Shown here: positions 1 to 11,265 of the stretch, one piece after another
Layout: each line of letters begins with the position of its first letter
How positions within the stretch are numbered: position 1 is the first letter of the stretch
NCBI RefSeq assembly: GCF_041956535.1
Contig: NW_027192197.1
Coordinates: 259,829-323,828 of the forward strand
Reading direction: 5' to 3'
From: Calcarisporiella thermophila CBS 279.70
Taxonomy: Eukaryota; Fungi; Calcarisporiellomycota
DNA: 64,000 nt
The notes under the pieces: generated by a model
Told to the model about the DNA's origin: nothing
Databases searched by the model: none
Seen by the model: the letters and a program-made list of their open reading frames with translations, nothing else
Program-made: the position numbers and the translations under genes

Positions 1-122
1 ACGAATGGACTGATGGAATATTTTCACACTGGTTCTTTTTTTTATATCTTTTAAGCACCTTGATTGCCGTCCCATATTCTATTCATTGGTGTTAACGAGA
101 GCGTTTGTTTTGATTTGTGCAG

Positions 123-263
123 AGGAACGCCGCGGATGGGGTTGACACACCGAATAAGCGGCAGCTCATCTCGCCTGGGAAAGAAAAAGAACCTCAGCAG
201 GAGGACCCGGAGCCTTCCCCGGATAGACGGACGGAGGCAGTAACGGGCGTTGAGGTTGCATAA
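123..263 (+). CDS. Probable terminal exon of a gene entering from the left edge (RNAADGVDTPNKRQLISPGKEKEPQQEDPEPSPDRRTEAVTGVEVA*)
   Basis: TTGTGCAG acceptor ending at 122, open frame to TAA 261-263, then an AT-rich 3' region. No family recognised. Confidence 0.35.
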   Translation, partial: RNAADGVDTPNKRQLISPGKEKEPQQEDPEPSPDRRTEAVTGVEVA

Positions 264-928
264 CTTAGAGTTAATGTGAGATAATGAATCTTGTTATAAT
301 GATCTCTCGTCGTATTCTCTCGGTATTTCTTCTCTTCTATTCTTGTAGTTTCATTCTAGGTGAGTGAAAAGAAAAAAACACACCCACATAAACGATTCGA
401 GAGAGGGGGAAAGGTTACGTTCTTGCATTTTAACCACCCTGATCTTTCTATTGTTTTTTTCACACTTCATCTAGAGTATTTTGAAAATCGTTTATATATT
501 ATTCTTTTTTAGATGAGTAGTAGGATGCGAATTGAACTCTCCATTTCACATGACTGTTGTCCTTTTTCTTTACTTTTTGTTTATTCCTTCCCTTTTGTAA
601 GGCATTTAGAAGAGTCAAGAAGAAAAAAAACTCGTTTTTAATACTTCGAAAGTAAGAAAAAAGAATATACTCGCTAGATTAGATTGTCGTAAACTAAGAA
701 ACATAATATCAAAAAAGGAAACAAAAAGGAGAAAGCTAATAATATAAAGAAAAAGGAAAAAGAAGGCTAGCATGTTATTTACGTTAGAGAAAAGAGAGAA
801 AGGACGGAGCAAAATAATAGAAGATAAATTTAGAAAATCCTGTTATTATAATAATATATATAAACACTAATAATCCATGAAAATAATACTTGAATTGAGA
901 CAAACCACCCTGCCTCAGATGAATGCGA

Positions 929-3900
929 TCACCTGTGCTTGACGGAGAAGGTTTTGTTCAGCAAATGCAGTAGTTTATTCACATTGAGTTGGACATATTC
1001 AAGATCCAAGATTTGGACGTTATCTTGTTGCTGTATAGAAAGAAGCAGAGCTACTTAATAACCTGCTTAAGCGTTTGAATCCAAAAGCAAAATTACCTTT
1101 TCAAGTAAGTCATCCAATTTCAAATCCAATTCCAAGATAGGCCGCTCTCGGTTCTTATAGTGCAAAGAGATAACAAAGGCTCCAGGCTGAGGAGAGATGA
1201 AGGAGAAATAGACGTTGCTTTGCCTACAATGCAAAACAAGGCAAGATTACATAAAAAAATCAGTCAAAGTTAATGAGGGAAATAAAACCCCACCTATTCT
1301 CAGGTATTCCACTCTCCACAATAATGCCATCTTTCTCCAGTTGTTGATGAGCAAACTTAAAGGGTCCAACCAGCTGCGTTTTCTGCCGAACAGGCTTCTG
1401 CTTCTTTCCCACCGTGACCACACCGAGCCCGGCACTGTTTTTATCTCCTGATGCCTGTAGGCGTGCATTCTGCAAATAAGCCTTATAGGATTCGAGCTGG
1501 CTGCGAAGATACGTGTTGTGTTCGCAGATGGTCGTGTACACAGATTCAAGCGAGCGGAATTCTTCGTCCACTTTCTCACGCAAGCTGCCAAGATGCGTTA
1601 ACTCTTGTTGAATTTCCTCGACCAAGAGACGATATCCGTCATGGGCGTCGACAATCCCGAGCTCTTCCAGCTCCCGCAACATTTCCTTACCCTTAATACC
1701 TTTACGAACAAGCATAGGATCCTTGCAAGTCGCTGCCATTTCGGCAACAACCTGCAGATCTAGAGAGGTAGAGCGATTCTGCAGCTGCGGCATCGAGCGG
1801 ACCAACTGTACAAAGAGAGCCTTGGTTTCCATATAAAGAATATCATTTTGCGTGATATTGTTCTCAGACATTAAGGCGGTAGTCAGATCTAGAAGCGAAA
1901 AAAAAAAATACAAAATTCAGCTTCCTGCATCCTGTACGCAGAAACCAAGGATCCAAGGTATACCTTGGATGGGTGTCTCCCACCGACTAAACAGCGGTAG
2001 CTCAATTGCCTTGTTGCGAGCCTTTGACATTTGAGGTAGCGGTGGACCCATTTCATTTAGAAGAATACGTAGATGATGTTTTTCAGTTGGAGCCAAGGCG
2101 TCTTTGTGCTGTGTAAGTAGTTGATGGGTGTTTGCCATTTCATTCAGCGTAATGTTAATGGTAAGATCTTTGCGGGAGAGCGCAATATATTGGTCCATCT
2201 CGAGCGACTCGTAGAAGTCGCTCACTTCGCACAATTCATTCAGGAAGCGGTTGATACGCGTTTTGTTATCCTCAACGAAACCGTTCAGCGAAAACATGTA
2301 GGCCTCTTTTGAGTAGGTGGGTTTGTTGGCAAGATTTTGGAGCATTTTCGCAATCTAAACATAGAAAAACGAGATGAGCAACTATTTCGGAATTCAAAAG
2401 AACAATAGCACGCATACCAAGGTGAGAGTTCTCATCGGGTGCTTGGAAGGCATTCCATCAATTAACATGTAGGCTTGAGGAGTCACCACAGCAGGGTTGA
2501 CAAAACGTAAAAAGAAGAAACCCCCGATAAGCGAGCAGATGGCGTAGTCGTTAGCCTGAGGGTACTTGCGTTTAGTTAACGATCGAATCTGTTTACAAAT
2601 CCAACGAATTCCGTAAGGGACTTGGTCTGTGGAATTAAGGATGTCATCGAGGAATTGATTTGCGAGCTCCATCAGAAGTTTAACCCGCGGGGCAATGAGC
2701 TTTTGAACCTGCTGGTTTTCGGCCGCAACCTCAGCAGGAACGCCACGAGGCATGTCTGGAGGCAAGGTGCCAACTTCTTCTTCCACTTGTTTCAGCACTT
2801 CCTCATAAACCTAACAAGCAAGTATTAAAACAAAGACAAAATAGTAAAATGAAAAGAGCGCAAAGATTAGCATGAAAAGCTTGAAAAGTGAGAAAAAATC
2901 ATAATTACCTTTAATGGATTTATTTCCAAATTTAAATCTTTTTGCGCAACCAATTTTTCTATCGGCCCCGATAGCACCGCCTTCAAATAACTCTGCCCAG
3001 GTCCTCGCCGCGTGTAAGTTGTCATCATTCGAGAGATGGGTGTGTTCGCACGCAGAAGTGAGCCAAAGTTAGTGGCGGTTTCAAACTGGGCAGCCAGCAC
3101 AGCCTTGACGAGAGATACATTAGTAAAGACCATGTGAAGCGGTGAATTCGCAAGGTTAGCTACCTGGAACATAGTCAAAAGCAGATGCTCTTCACGAGAG
3201 TCGTATTGACTGCCGAACAACGAAAACATCACCGTCTGCAGAAGGGTGTCTATTTCTGAAAGGCTGACCAATTGACAGAGAGCAGCAATGTGGCGTGGCT
3301 CGGTCTGCAAGAGGAAAAATAGGTTGCTGTATTGTTGCAACTTGCGGCTGCCCGGATGGAATTCCTCATCAACAGATTCGGTGTCATCCATGTGCTCGGT
3401 CATTGCATTCTTTAGAAACAGTTTACATCAATCGTTCAATTCCACTCTTATAAAAATAAATAAAAAGTATACCTCATCCTCTAGCGCCATGCGGTTCTGG
3501 ATTAAAAGTGCAATACGCGAGTCGAGATAGCGTACATCCCGCTCTAGAATGAAGTTCTTCTTAGACTGTGATGAAATTTTCGTCTTCAAATCACGGAGTC
3601 GCTTTTGAGCTATTGTATGAGACAGAGGAAAATAGAAATGGTTGAAAATGACATCATAAAAATAGAGACCGGGTATATCTATAATACCTTTTGACAACTC
3701 ATCTTCAACCTCAACATCCTGTTCCGCTACCATGGAATAAAGGGCATTGAAAGAATAGCGACTAGATGACCGATCGCCGGTATTCATCGAAGCTGGTCGT
3801 AGATTCCGCCAGATGTTGGCGTAGTGCTGGTTGGCTGCAGCTGCAGCTGCAACTCTAGAGAGGTTTCCACCGCTTCCGCTTTCGTTTCCGCTCCCTAGAT

Positions 3901-3931
3901 TATTATTGCCCCCTGCAGCATATGAAAGCAT
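929..3931 (-). CDS. gap1: Ras GTPase-activating protein, Gap1/Sar1/GapA family (RasGAP + RasGAP_C), multi-exon
   Basis: N-terminal [28 protein letters not shown], arginine-finger region [42 protein letters not shown]. Last exon [27 protein letters not shown] ends at TGA 929-931. GT-AG introns join the ORF pieces. Confidence 0.92.
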
Positions 3932-4576
3932 CGTTTCGTCTTATAGCAATGTGAAATAGAGTGGCTATTTTAATATAAAGGATATTGATACTATCGAAAT
4001 TTAGCACTAAAACAATCGAGATGAGATTCCTTCTTAATACTATTGATGGATAGGCATCAAGAGGAATATTGTCACTAAGGAAGGAAAATTGATGAAAAAG
4101 TAATAAGATGAAACGAATAAGGAGCAGAATGGAGGAAAGACACTATATAACTACTTTGAGTAGTAGTTTTTTTTTTAAGATGGGAGCAGTTAAAAAAAAT
4201 ACCTGAACTTGATGCTTGCGCTACGTACTATAAAAAAAAAAATCGACTCCCGCTCTTTCAATTTTCGATCTGGTGTTTTTTTTAACCGTGACTGGCAAAC
4301 TCAATGTTCTTCACTTGTTACCAAGTCAGATAACAGTAATAAGATCAAAAAAAGGAGATGCGGCTGCATTAATTGTAATTACCAGACTGTAATAAGCGTT
4401 CAATCTCTCCAAGGTAATATTTGCATGTCATACTACGAGTATAATCGCGTGCTTTACGATCTGCTATATATTTGTTTCATACAAATCAAAATTGAACTAA
4501 AACTAAAAACTTCTAGGAAGCGAGCATTCTTTGATCATCTATTACTTAAACAGCCTATCACCAAGATATAGACTAG

Positions 4577-4852
4577 ATGCGACCTATAACAAATCTACAA
4601 AGACAGCGTATCACACTCACTCTTTTTTTCTCCGTCGCAATTGGTGCCGTAATAACTGTTGCTGCCCCAGCGTTCATGCCCTGTCCTGCTTTTGAGGATA
4701 ATAGAAAAGCAGCGCTGCTTGAGAGAAGGAAAAGACAGAAACAGTCTGAAGGCACTAGCGTACTGGTAATTGAGCGAGATGTTAAAACAAAATTTGCCCA
4801 TCGTATCAGAGATACGGAGAGAGAGTTGAAAGAGCGAAATGATCAAAAATGA
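4577..4852 (+). CDS. COA2: Cytochrome c oxidase assembly factor 2-like small protein
   Basis: 91 aa. Basic N-terminus, hydrophobic segment ending in MPCPA, charged tail. Resembles recalled yeast Coa2 (MRAVTRNKIVNNLYFSTFLIAFASVAIGSVLPCPA). Confidence 0.7.
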   Translation: MRPITNLQRQRITLTLFFSVAIGAVITVAAPAFMPCPAFEDNRKAALLERRKRQKQSEGTSVLVIERDVKTKFAHRIRDTERELKERNDQK

Positions 4853-5199
4853 TGGTGGATATATCTATTTGCTACTATACTTTCTTCATAGATCTTTTTT
4901 TTTGTTTTGAATTCCATTATTTTGGCTGATGTAAATAGTTATGAGAATAGAAATAATAAATATATTGCGTTTTTTAATAGCAATTTTACTGTTATGAAAA
5001 TGAGAACTAGATGAATGAATGAACCGAGAGCAAGCCGAATTGTAGCCGAGGAGTTTTATAGTCTTCACTTTAATATAATAACAGATATAATTTAATTTTC
5101 TTTCATAATTTTAGATATCACCATTAACCAAAAACCGTGATAGAGAGGACAAGTAGAAATAATAGGAAAGGGTAATAATAGCCAGGGGGTGCCTACTCT

Positions 5200-8123
5200 C
5201 TACAACCATTCCTTGAATAAACGGATATAGATAAACTTCATGATCTGGGTAAGGCAGCAATAGCAGAATAAGATTGCCACAAGGAACCCATAGAAGTTTA
5301 TGGGGAGGTGAACCATCTGGAGAATCTCGCCTAGCGGTGTATACGGGAGGGCGATTCCTACTGCTGAGCAAACCATTGATGCTGTCACGAGCTGCCAGCT
5401 GCCAATCGACTGGATGAAGGGGATCTTAGCCGTACGGATCATATGCACAATAAGCAACTGCGAAAGAAGGCCTTCGTTGAACCAGCCGGTCTGGAAGATA
5501 GAACTTTTCTCCTCCGATTGCACGCCATAGTAAAACCACATCAAGCAAAAAGTGACCATATCGAAGATGGAAGAGGTTGGACCGAGGAATAGCATGAATC
5601 GCCCAAGGTTCTTTGCGCTCCAGTGATGCGGCGTAAGGAGATAATCGGCATCCACACTGTCCCATGGAATGGCGACTTGAGAGAAATCTGGAGATAAAAC
5701 AGTCATTTAGTCAACTTTCGTCCGTAGGAATACTCAAATTGCAAGATTGTCATACCATAAATTAGATTTTGCGTAAGAATTTGGATAGGATCCATTGGCA
5801 CCCAAGGAAGCCACGCAGAAGCAACGAGCATGGAAAACACATTGCCGAAATTTGAGGATGCGGCCATATTGATATACTTGAGGGTGTTTGCGTGAGTAAT
5901 GCGACCTCGAATAATTCCCTCGGTGATGATTTGAAGGTTTTTCTCGGTAATGATGATATCGGCAGCGTCCTTGGCAATATTCGTGCCCGTGTCCACAGAT
6001 ATACCCACATCAGACTCACGCAATGCAAGCGCGTCATTAATGCCATCACCCAGAAAGCCCACAATATGACCATTTCGTTTCAGACAAGCTACAACCTCTT
6101 TCTTCTGCAGAGGGGTCAGCTTGGCGAAGAGAGTAGTGCGTTCAACCACAGCCGAGAACTCCTCAGGAGTTTTAATCAAAGCGAGCTCAGGTCCGGTGAT
6201 AACATGCTGCGTGTCCACTTCCACGTCCTGGCAGATTTTCTTTGCCACGGGTAGATTGTCCCCGGTGAGAACTTTGACATTCACAGAATAGTGTTTGAAC
6301 TCCTTAATGGCCGCAGAAGCCGATTCCTTGGGCGGATCGAGAAAAGCGAGAAAGCCGTGAAGAGTCATGTCCGTTTCATCCGCAATAGAATAGGCCCGAT
6401 CTTCTTTAAATTCACGCGTAGCAATCGCCAGAACACGGTACCCTTCCTCGTTCATTGCATTGCACATGTCCGCCAGCTGACCAAGTTTGCTGGAGGTAAG
6501 CGGAACCAGAGTCCCGTCGGCCAGACTCACTTGGTTACAGATATTCATCATTTCCTCTACGGCTCCTTTGGTTACCATAATGACTCGATTTTCCGCCGAA
6601 AGGATGACACTCAACCGTCGTCGAACAAAGTCGAAGGGTAGCTCATCCATCTTGCTGAATTCTGCGAGATGAGCGGCTATTTCCAATCGAAATTCTTGTT
6701 GTCCTCCAAACTCGACAATGGCGGAATCGAGCAGGTTGCGCAAGCCTGTCTGGAAACAAGCGTTCAGATATGCCCAAGTTAGAACCTTGGTGCTCTGCTC
6801 GCCTTCACAATCGACACACTTGACAAGCACGACGTTTTCCTGGGTGAGAGTGCCAGTTTTATCGGAGCAAAGAATATCCATTGCACCTAGATTTTGGACC
6901 GAGTTGAGCTGCTTCACGATCGTCTTCTTCTTTGAGAGTTCAATGGACCCTCGAGCTAAGTTGGCATTCACAACCATTGGCAACATGGCAGGGGTAAGCC
7001 CAACTGCAACCGATAAGCCGAAGAAGAAAGCCTCTCGCCAATTGGACTTGGTCAACCCATTGATCAACACAACAAATGGAACCATTGCTCCCATGAAAGC
7101 GATTAACAAATAGCTTACGCGTCGAACACCCTTTTCGAATGCATTAAGTGGCCGCTTGCTCTCAAGATCGCGAGAAATGGTGGCAATGAATGTGAGGTCA
7201 CCCGTGGTAAGAACAAGCCCTCGTCCATAACCGGAGACCACGTTCGTTCCCATCAGACATATGTTAGGGCACTCAAGAAGACTCGCACTTTTGTCCGGCA
7301 TTTGAGCACATTTCTCCACGGGCATGAACTCTCCAGTGAGGGTGGCCTGAGCAACGAAAAGATCTTTCGAATCGAGCAACAACACATCGCCTGGGAAAAT
7401 GTCACCAGCTGAGATGGAAATGATATCCCCTGGCACCACTTCCTCCATGTCAATCTCCTCGGCAATTCCTTTGATCGAGTCATGAGCGCGGCGCACCACG
7501 TTTACTCGGGTCCGTACCAGATTTTTGAGGGAAATCGCCTTGCGGTTCGATTTCAGCTCCTGCCAGAAACGCAAAATCACAGAGAGAGCCACAATGACCA
7601 TTTCCAGAGTGAACGTCTGAAAATCAAGCTGAGCAGCAGAGATGATCGCCAGCACAGTGATGAGGATATTAAAGGGGTGCCAGCAGGCATTGAGAAAGAT
7701 AACGATCACGCCTGGAGGCTTCGAAGCAGAAAGAATATTGGGACCATGAATATTGAGACGCTCTCTTGCCTCCATTTGGCTCAATCCCTCCCAATCGGTA
7801 TTGTAATGATTGAACACGGTAGCCTGGTCTTCCTCTCTCGCGTAGCAGAGCAGGCGTTCGGTCACTTCTGATTCAGCTTTGGATGGGACGACGCGGCGCT
7901 TGAAGAACCAGGGGAACCACTTGAAACGAGGGGCCAACATTCTGCGCTGCAAAACTGGTGGCATCACTAGCGAAACTCCATCCTGTGCAGGAGGGACGAG
8001 TTGGGAAAACTGATTCGAAGACGAAGTGGAATCAGACCGACTGTTACGGCTAGGGAAAACATGTGGCACTTTTGACTCGGCCTTTTCGCAAACAATATCT
8101 TCGGCCTCCTTTTTGTAGGACAT
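5200..8123 (-). CDS. mgtA: Magnesium-translocating P-type ATPase-like protein, P3B (MgtA/MgtB) family
   Basis: CSDKTGTLT, DELPFDFVRRRLSV, KGAVEE, FLDPPK, LTGDN, FAKLTPLQK, GDGINDA, SSNFGNVFS, QNLIY|DFSQVAIPWD (intron 5755-5688), GPTSSIFD, FQTGWF..LLSQLLIVHMIRTAKIPFIQS. These are MgtA-type motifs. Confidence 0.93.
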
Positions 8124-8144
8124 GATGGTAGAGGTTTATGTTGT

Positions 8145-8278
8145 TTAAATCTTGGTGCAAATTTTCTAGCGAGGCAATATAATAACATGATCGTCGTTAA
8201 TATACACTCTAGTTGTTCTCGCAAGATAATAAGTATCCTATTTCATACCAGATTGGCGAAAGCTTTGGCTTGACACAT
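8145..8278 (-). promoter_or_regulatory. Predicted intron-split uORF (MCQAKAFANL|KICTKI*) in the MgtA 5' leader
   Basis: ATG 8278. Donor CTG|GTATGA at 8248, branch-like ATTAAC, acceptor CGCTAG| at 8166 (83-nt intron). TAA 8147-8145. Main ATG 8123. Confidence 0.55.
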
Positions 8279-8467
8279 AGGTCAGAGAGATTAGGAATAT
8301 TGCGATTTATTGACTCTATGGTGGTTTCTGGGGCACTTGGCCGGGGGATAGTTCAGGGAAAATGGTAGCCAAAGCGAAAGATTTGAAAAGGTTAAGGTGC
8401 GCCAACTTGGTAGTGTTTGGGGGAAAAGGGATAGGAAAAAGTCTGAATAGAGATGAAACTAGGCAGC

Positions 8468-8473
8468 TTTATA
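8468..8473 (-). promoter_or_regulatory. Candidate TATA box (TATAAA) of the MgtA-like gene
   Basis: TATAAAG on the minus strand, followed by pyrimidine-rich leader-like sequence, about 190 nt upstream of the uORF ATG. Confidence 0.4.
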
Positions 8474-9868
8474 TTGCGCTTTTTAAAGTGTACAAAATGT
8501 TTGATCGATTAGGATCAGAGATGGAAATATGTATATATGCCAAACGTTACATTTAATTCAAACTGAGCTTGAGCTTGGCCCATTGGACATCTACATAAAA
8601 CGTGGAAAAATAAAGGTTGGCGGAGTTATTCTTGGCAAATGCGCGATTTTTCATTTCCTTCATCATTAAATGAGGAATCTCTCTCCCAACCCAGAAGTCT
8701 AGGAGGCTTTGAAATAAAATGTAACCGAAGCCGGCCTTCTACATACCAAATAATGGTTTTGTCTGAGTAAAAATGACCCATTTTGGATCTAACTTTTCTC
8801 GAGAGAATATGCGAAAATAGAACGGCTCTGTAGAGAGCATCGATAAAGCCGGCGGCTGTAAGGTGCTGGATGAAATCCACTGTTTGCCGAGAGTTTGTTC
8901 CCTGAGAATATTTTGGTAAGGGGGAACGCGGAATGGACAGGAAGCATATAGCTGGATAGTATGGTTACTAATGCGCAGAGGGATTTTGCGTCCGAGTCTG
9001 TATATGGCATTTATAGAGCATACATTGGTTAGGTTCGGATCACCTTTCTACGCAACTTGGCTTCTACGGTGCTTCTGTCACAGCCATTCCGAATATTGGA
9101 TCGCTGGATACCTGGAGAAGCGCGGATAGCCCACTGCACGCACATTGATACTCTCTCGTACCGCCTTTGTTGAGATTGCGGTAATATTTGGGTTACTTGT
9201 GTTTCCCGGTGGTTCAGCCTTCAGTTTTAAGTTTTCTCACCATGAAATAAAAGAAAATGAATGGAAAATGTCAGGTTGGGGGCTTATACGCACCATAGCA
9301 GGAATCACCCCTGTAATGCATTCGGTGTAATGCGGATTGCCCGAGTTTGGCTTAATGAGGAAGTAATTGATATCATTAAAGCTCGCAAGGTTAATAGAGA
9401 CATTATGACGTGGATTCGCTCATCTTGGTCAACGCTCTCAATTCTCAATATTTCTTTTATATGTTTTCGATCGGCAAGGTTTTAATTATCAATGGAGTGC
9501 AAGCTCGAGCTGATGACTTTAGAGGCTTTTTCATCGGCCCTCAAGTGACTAAAATGCCTAAAGAAAAGTAGTCCCAATTATCCCGGCAAAACAATCACGA
9601 AGTGCCCACAATTGTATAGGGTGGACGAAGCTAAGCCTCTAAATGTTTATTGGCGGGATGACGACCGCTAAACCCTGAAAGCATCTCGTAGTTGCAGACA
9701 ATTAGATTTCTGTGATCGAGTACTCCATAGCGACGCAAAGTGCGATTTCTGCCGCCATTGCAGCTCTCCAACATTTCCTGAGCTTATTCTAATAATTGAT
9801 TGTCTCATCTGGTCTTCTTGTTCCGTCTTGCTTGGGAGGAAGTTATTTCTTTAGGACTGCGAAAGAAA

Positions 9869-11265
9869 ATGTCGAGTAATCCTCCAACCCTTCCATCCAT
9901 TCGCACATTGCTGGCTGAGCCCATCCCTGCGAATCCAGGAGAAGGTAAATCCGACTTGCATATTATCTGATGATCCGCGATCTGAAGAATTCTAACCATG
10001 TTTTCTTTTCCACATTAGAACACCGATCTCATATTCACCATCAACGTCACGCATCGTCTCCATTTTCGGGGTATCCGGGTTCGCATGCCAATCCTAGTGT
10101 ACATCATGGCCGCACTCGTGGCCATATGAGATCAGGAAGTGACGGCTTTGCTCCAAGTTTTACATTTCCCCCACGGAAACCCCAACCTCCACCTGTGCAA
10201 CAGCAGCCGCAACAGCAAATTTATCCATCACTCAATCAAAACTGCCCAGCGCAGGGATCGTCGCCCACCACGCATATTGGCCAACTCGCCAATGCCCTTG
10301 CTGAAACCAACTTACATGACTCGCCCGACGCTTTTGGAAAGAATCCTCCCATGGAGCCCGATTTAACCAAGATGCGAACCCTCGAAATGCCGCTTAATCT
10401 CTCCCCCATCCCTTCGCCGTCTTTTCCCCCGGCCGGATCCTTATCCGCAAGCTCGTCTCCCCGCAGTAAACCCTTCTCCCTGCCTGCTATGCAAATGCAG
10501 CATTTGTGTCCTCCGGGATCTAACCATCAGCATTCCTACTCAGTCCCAAGCCTCTCTCCGTCCTCCACCTTTTCCGACAATTCAAAGCGAGCACGCTCCA
10601 GAACACTCTACACACACCACCGATCGGTATCCGATTTTACGCACCCTTATTCAAACCCCATGCATCGTGAAAGCTCGCAGCCCTCGCCCTTGCCGGCTAC
10701 AGCCGTGGGAGGAAATATTCCCACCCGGGAGGAGTCGACCCCACACACTGTTCGTCAACACCGCCGGGCTGTCTCCCATACAAGCATCGATAGTATTCTT
10801 AATAACGAACCTTCCCCTCTGACGATGGACTCCTTTATGCCAAGAAAACTTGCGCCCCCCTCCTCCATACTCTCGAATGAACCCTCGGGGCCCTCCCGGC
10901 TAGACAGATCGCGCAATTCTCCCTCCAGCCCCCTCTCCTCCGGCTCCAATTCGGCATCCTCAGGCTCGTTTGCTAGTCTCCCCGGATTAAACCATGGGCC
11001 AACCTCCTCGCCCGTTCCTGCGAACAGCAAGTTTCCCCACACCTCTCCCTCCCCTTCCTCCTCTACCGGCTCACAAAACCGCTACCAGTGCCCGTACTGT
11101 AGTAAGCGGTTTTCCCGACCCAGTTCACTCAAGATCCACACGTACTCCCACACTGGGGAGAAACCTTTTGTGTGCACGGAGGAGGGCTGTGGTCGCTCTT
11201 TTTCGGTACAGAGCAACTTGAGGAGGCATATGCGGGTGCATATAAAAAAACCACACAAGGAATGA
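9869..11265 (+). CDS. C2H2 zinc-finger transcription factor (two C-terminal fingers, Nrg1-like arrangement)
   Basis: Exon 1 9869-9944 MSSNPPTLPSIRTLL, intron 9945-10018, long S/P-rich region, then [50 protein letters not shown]. Confidence 0.88.
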
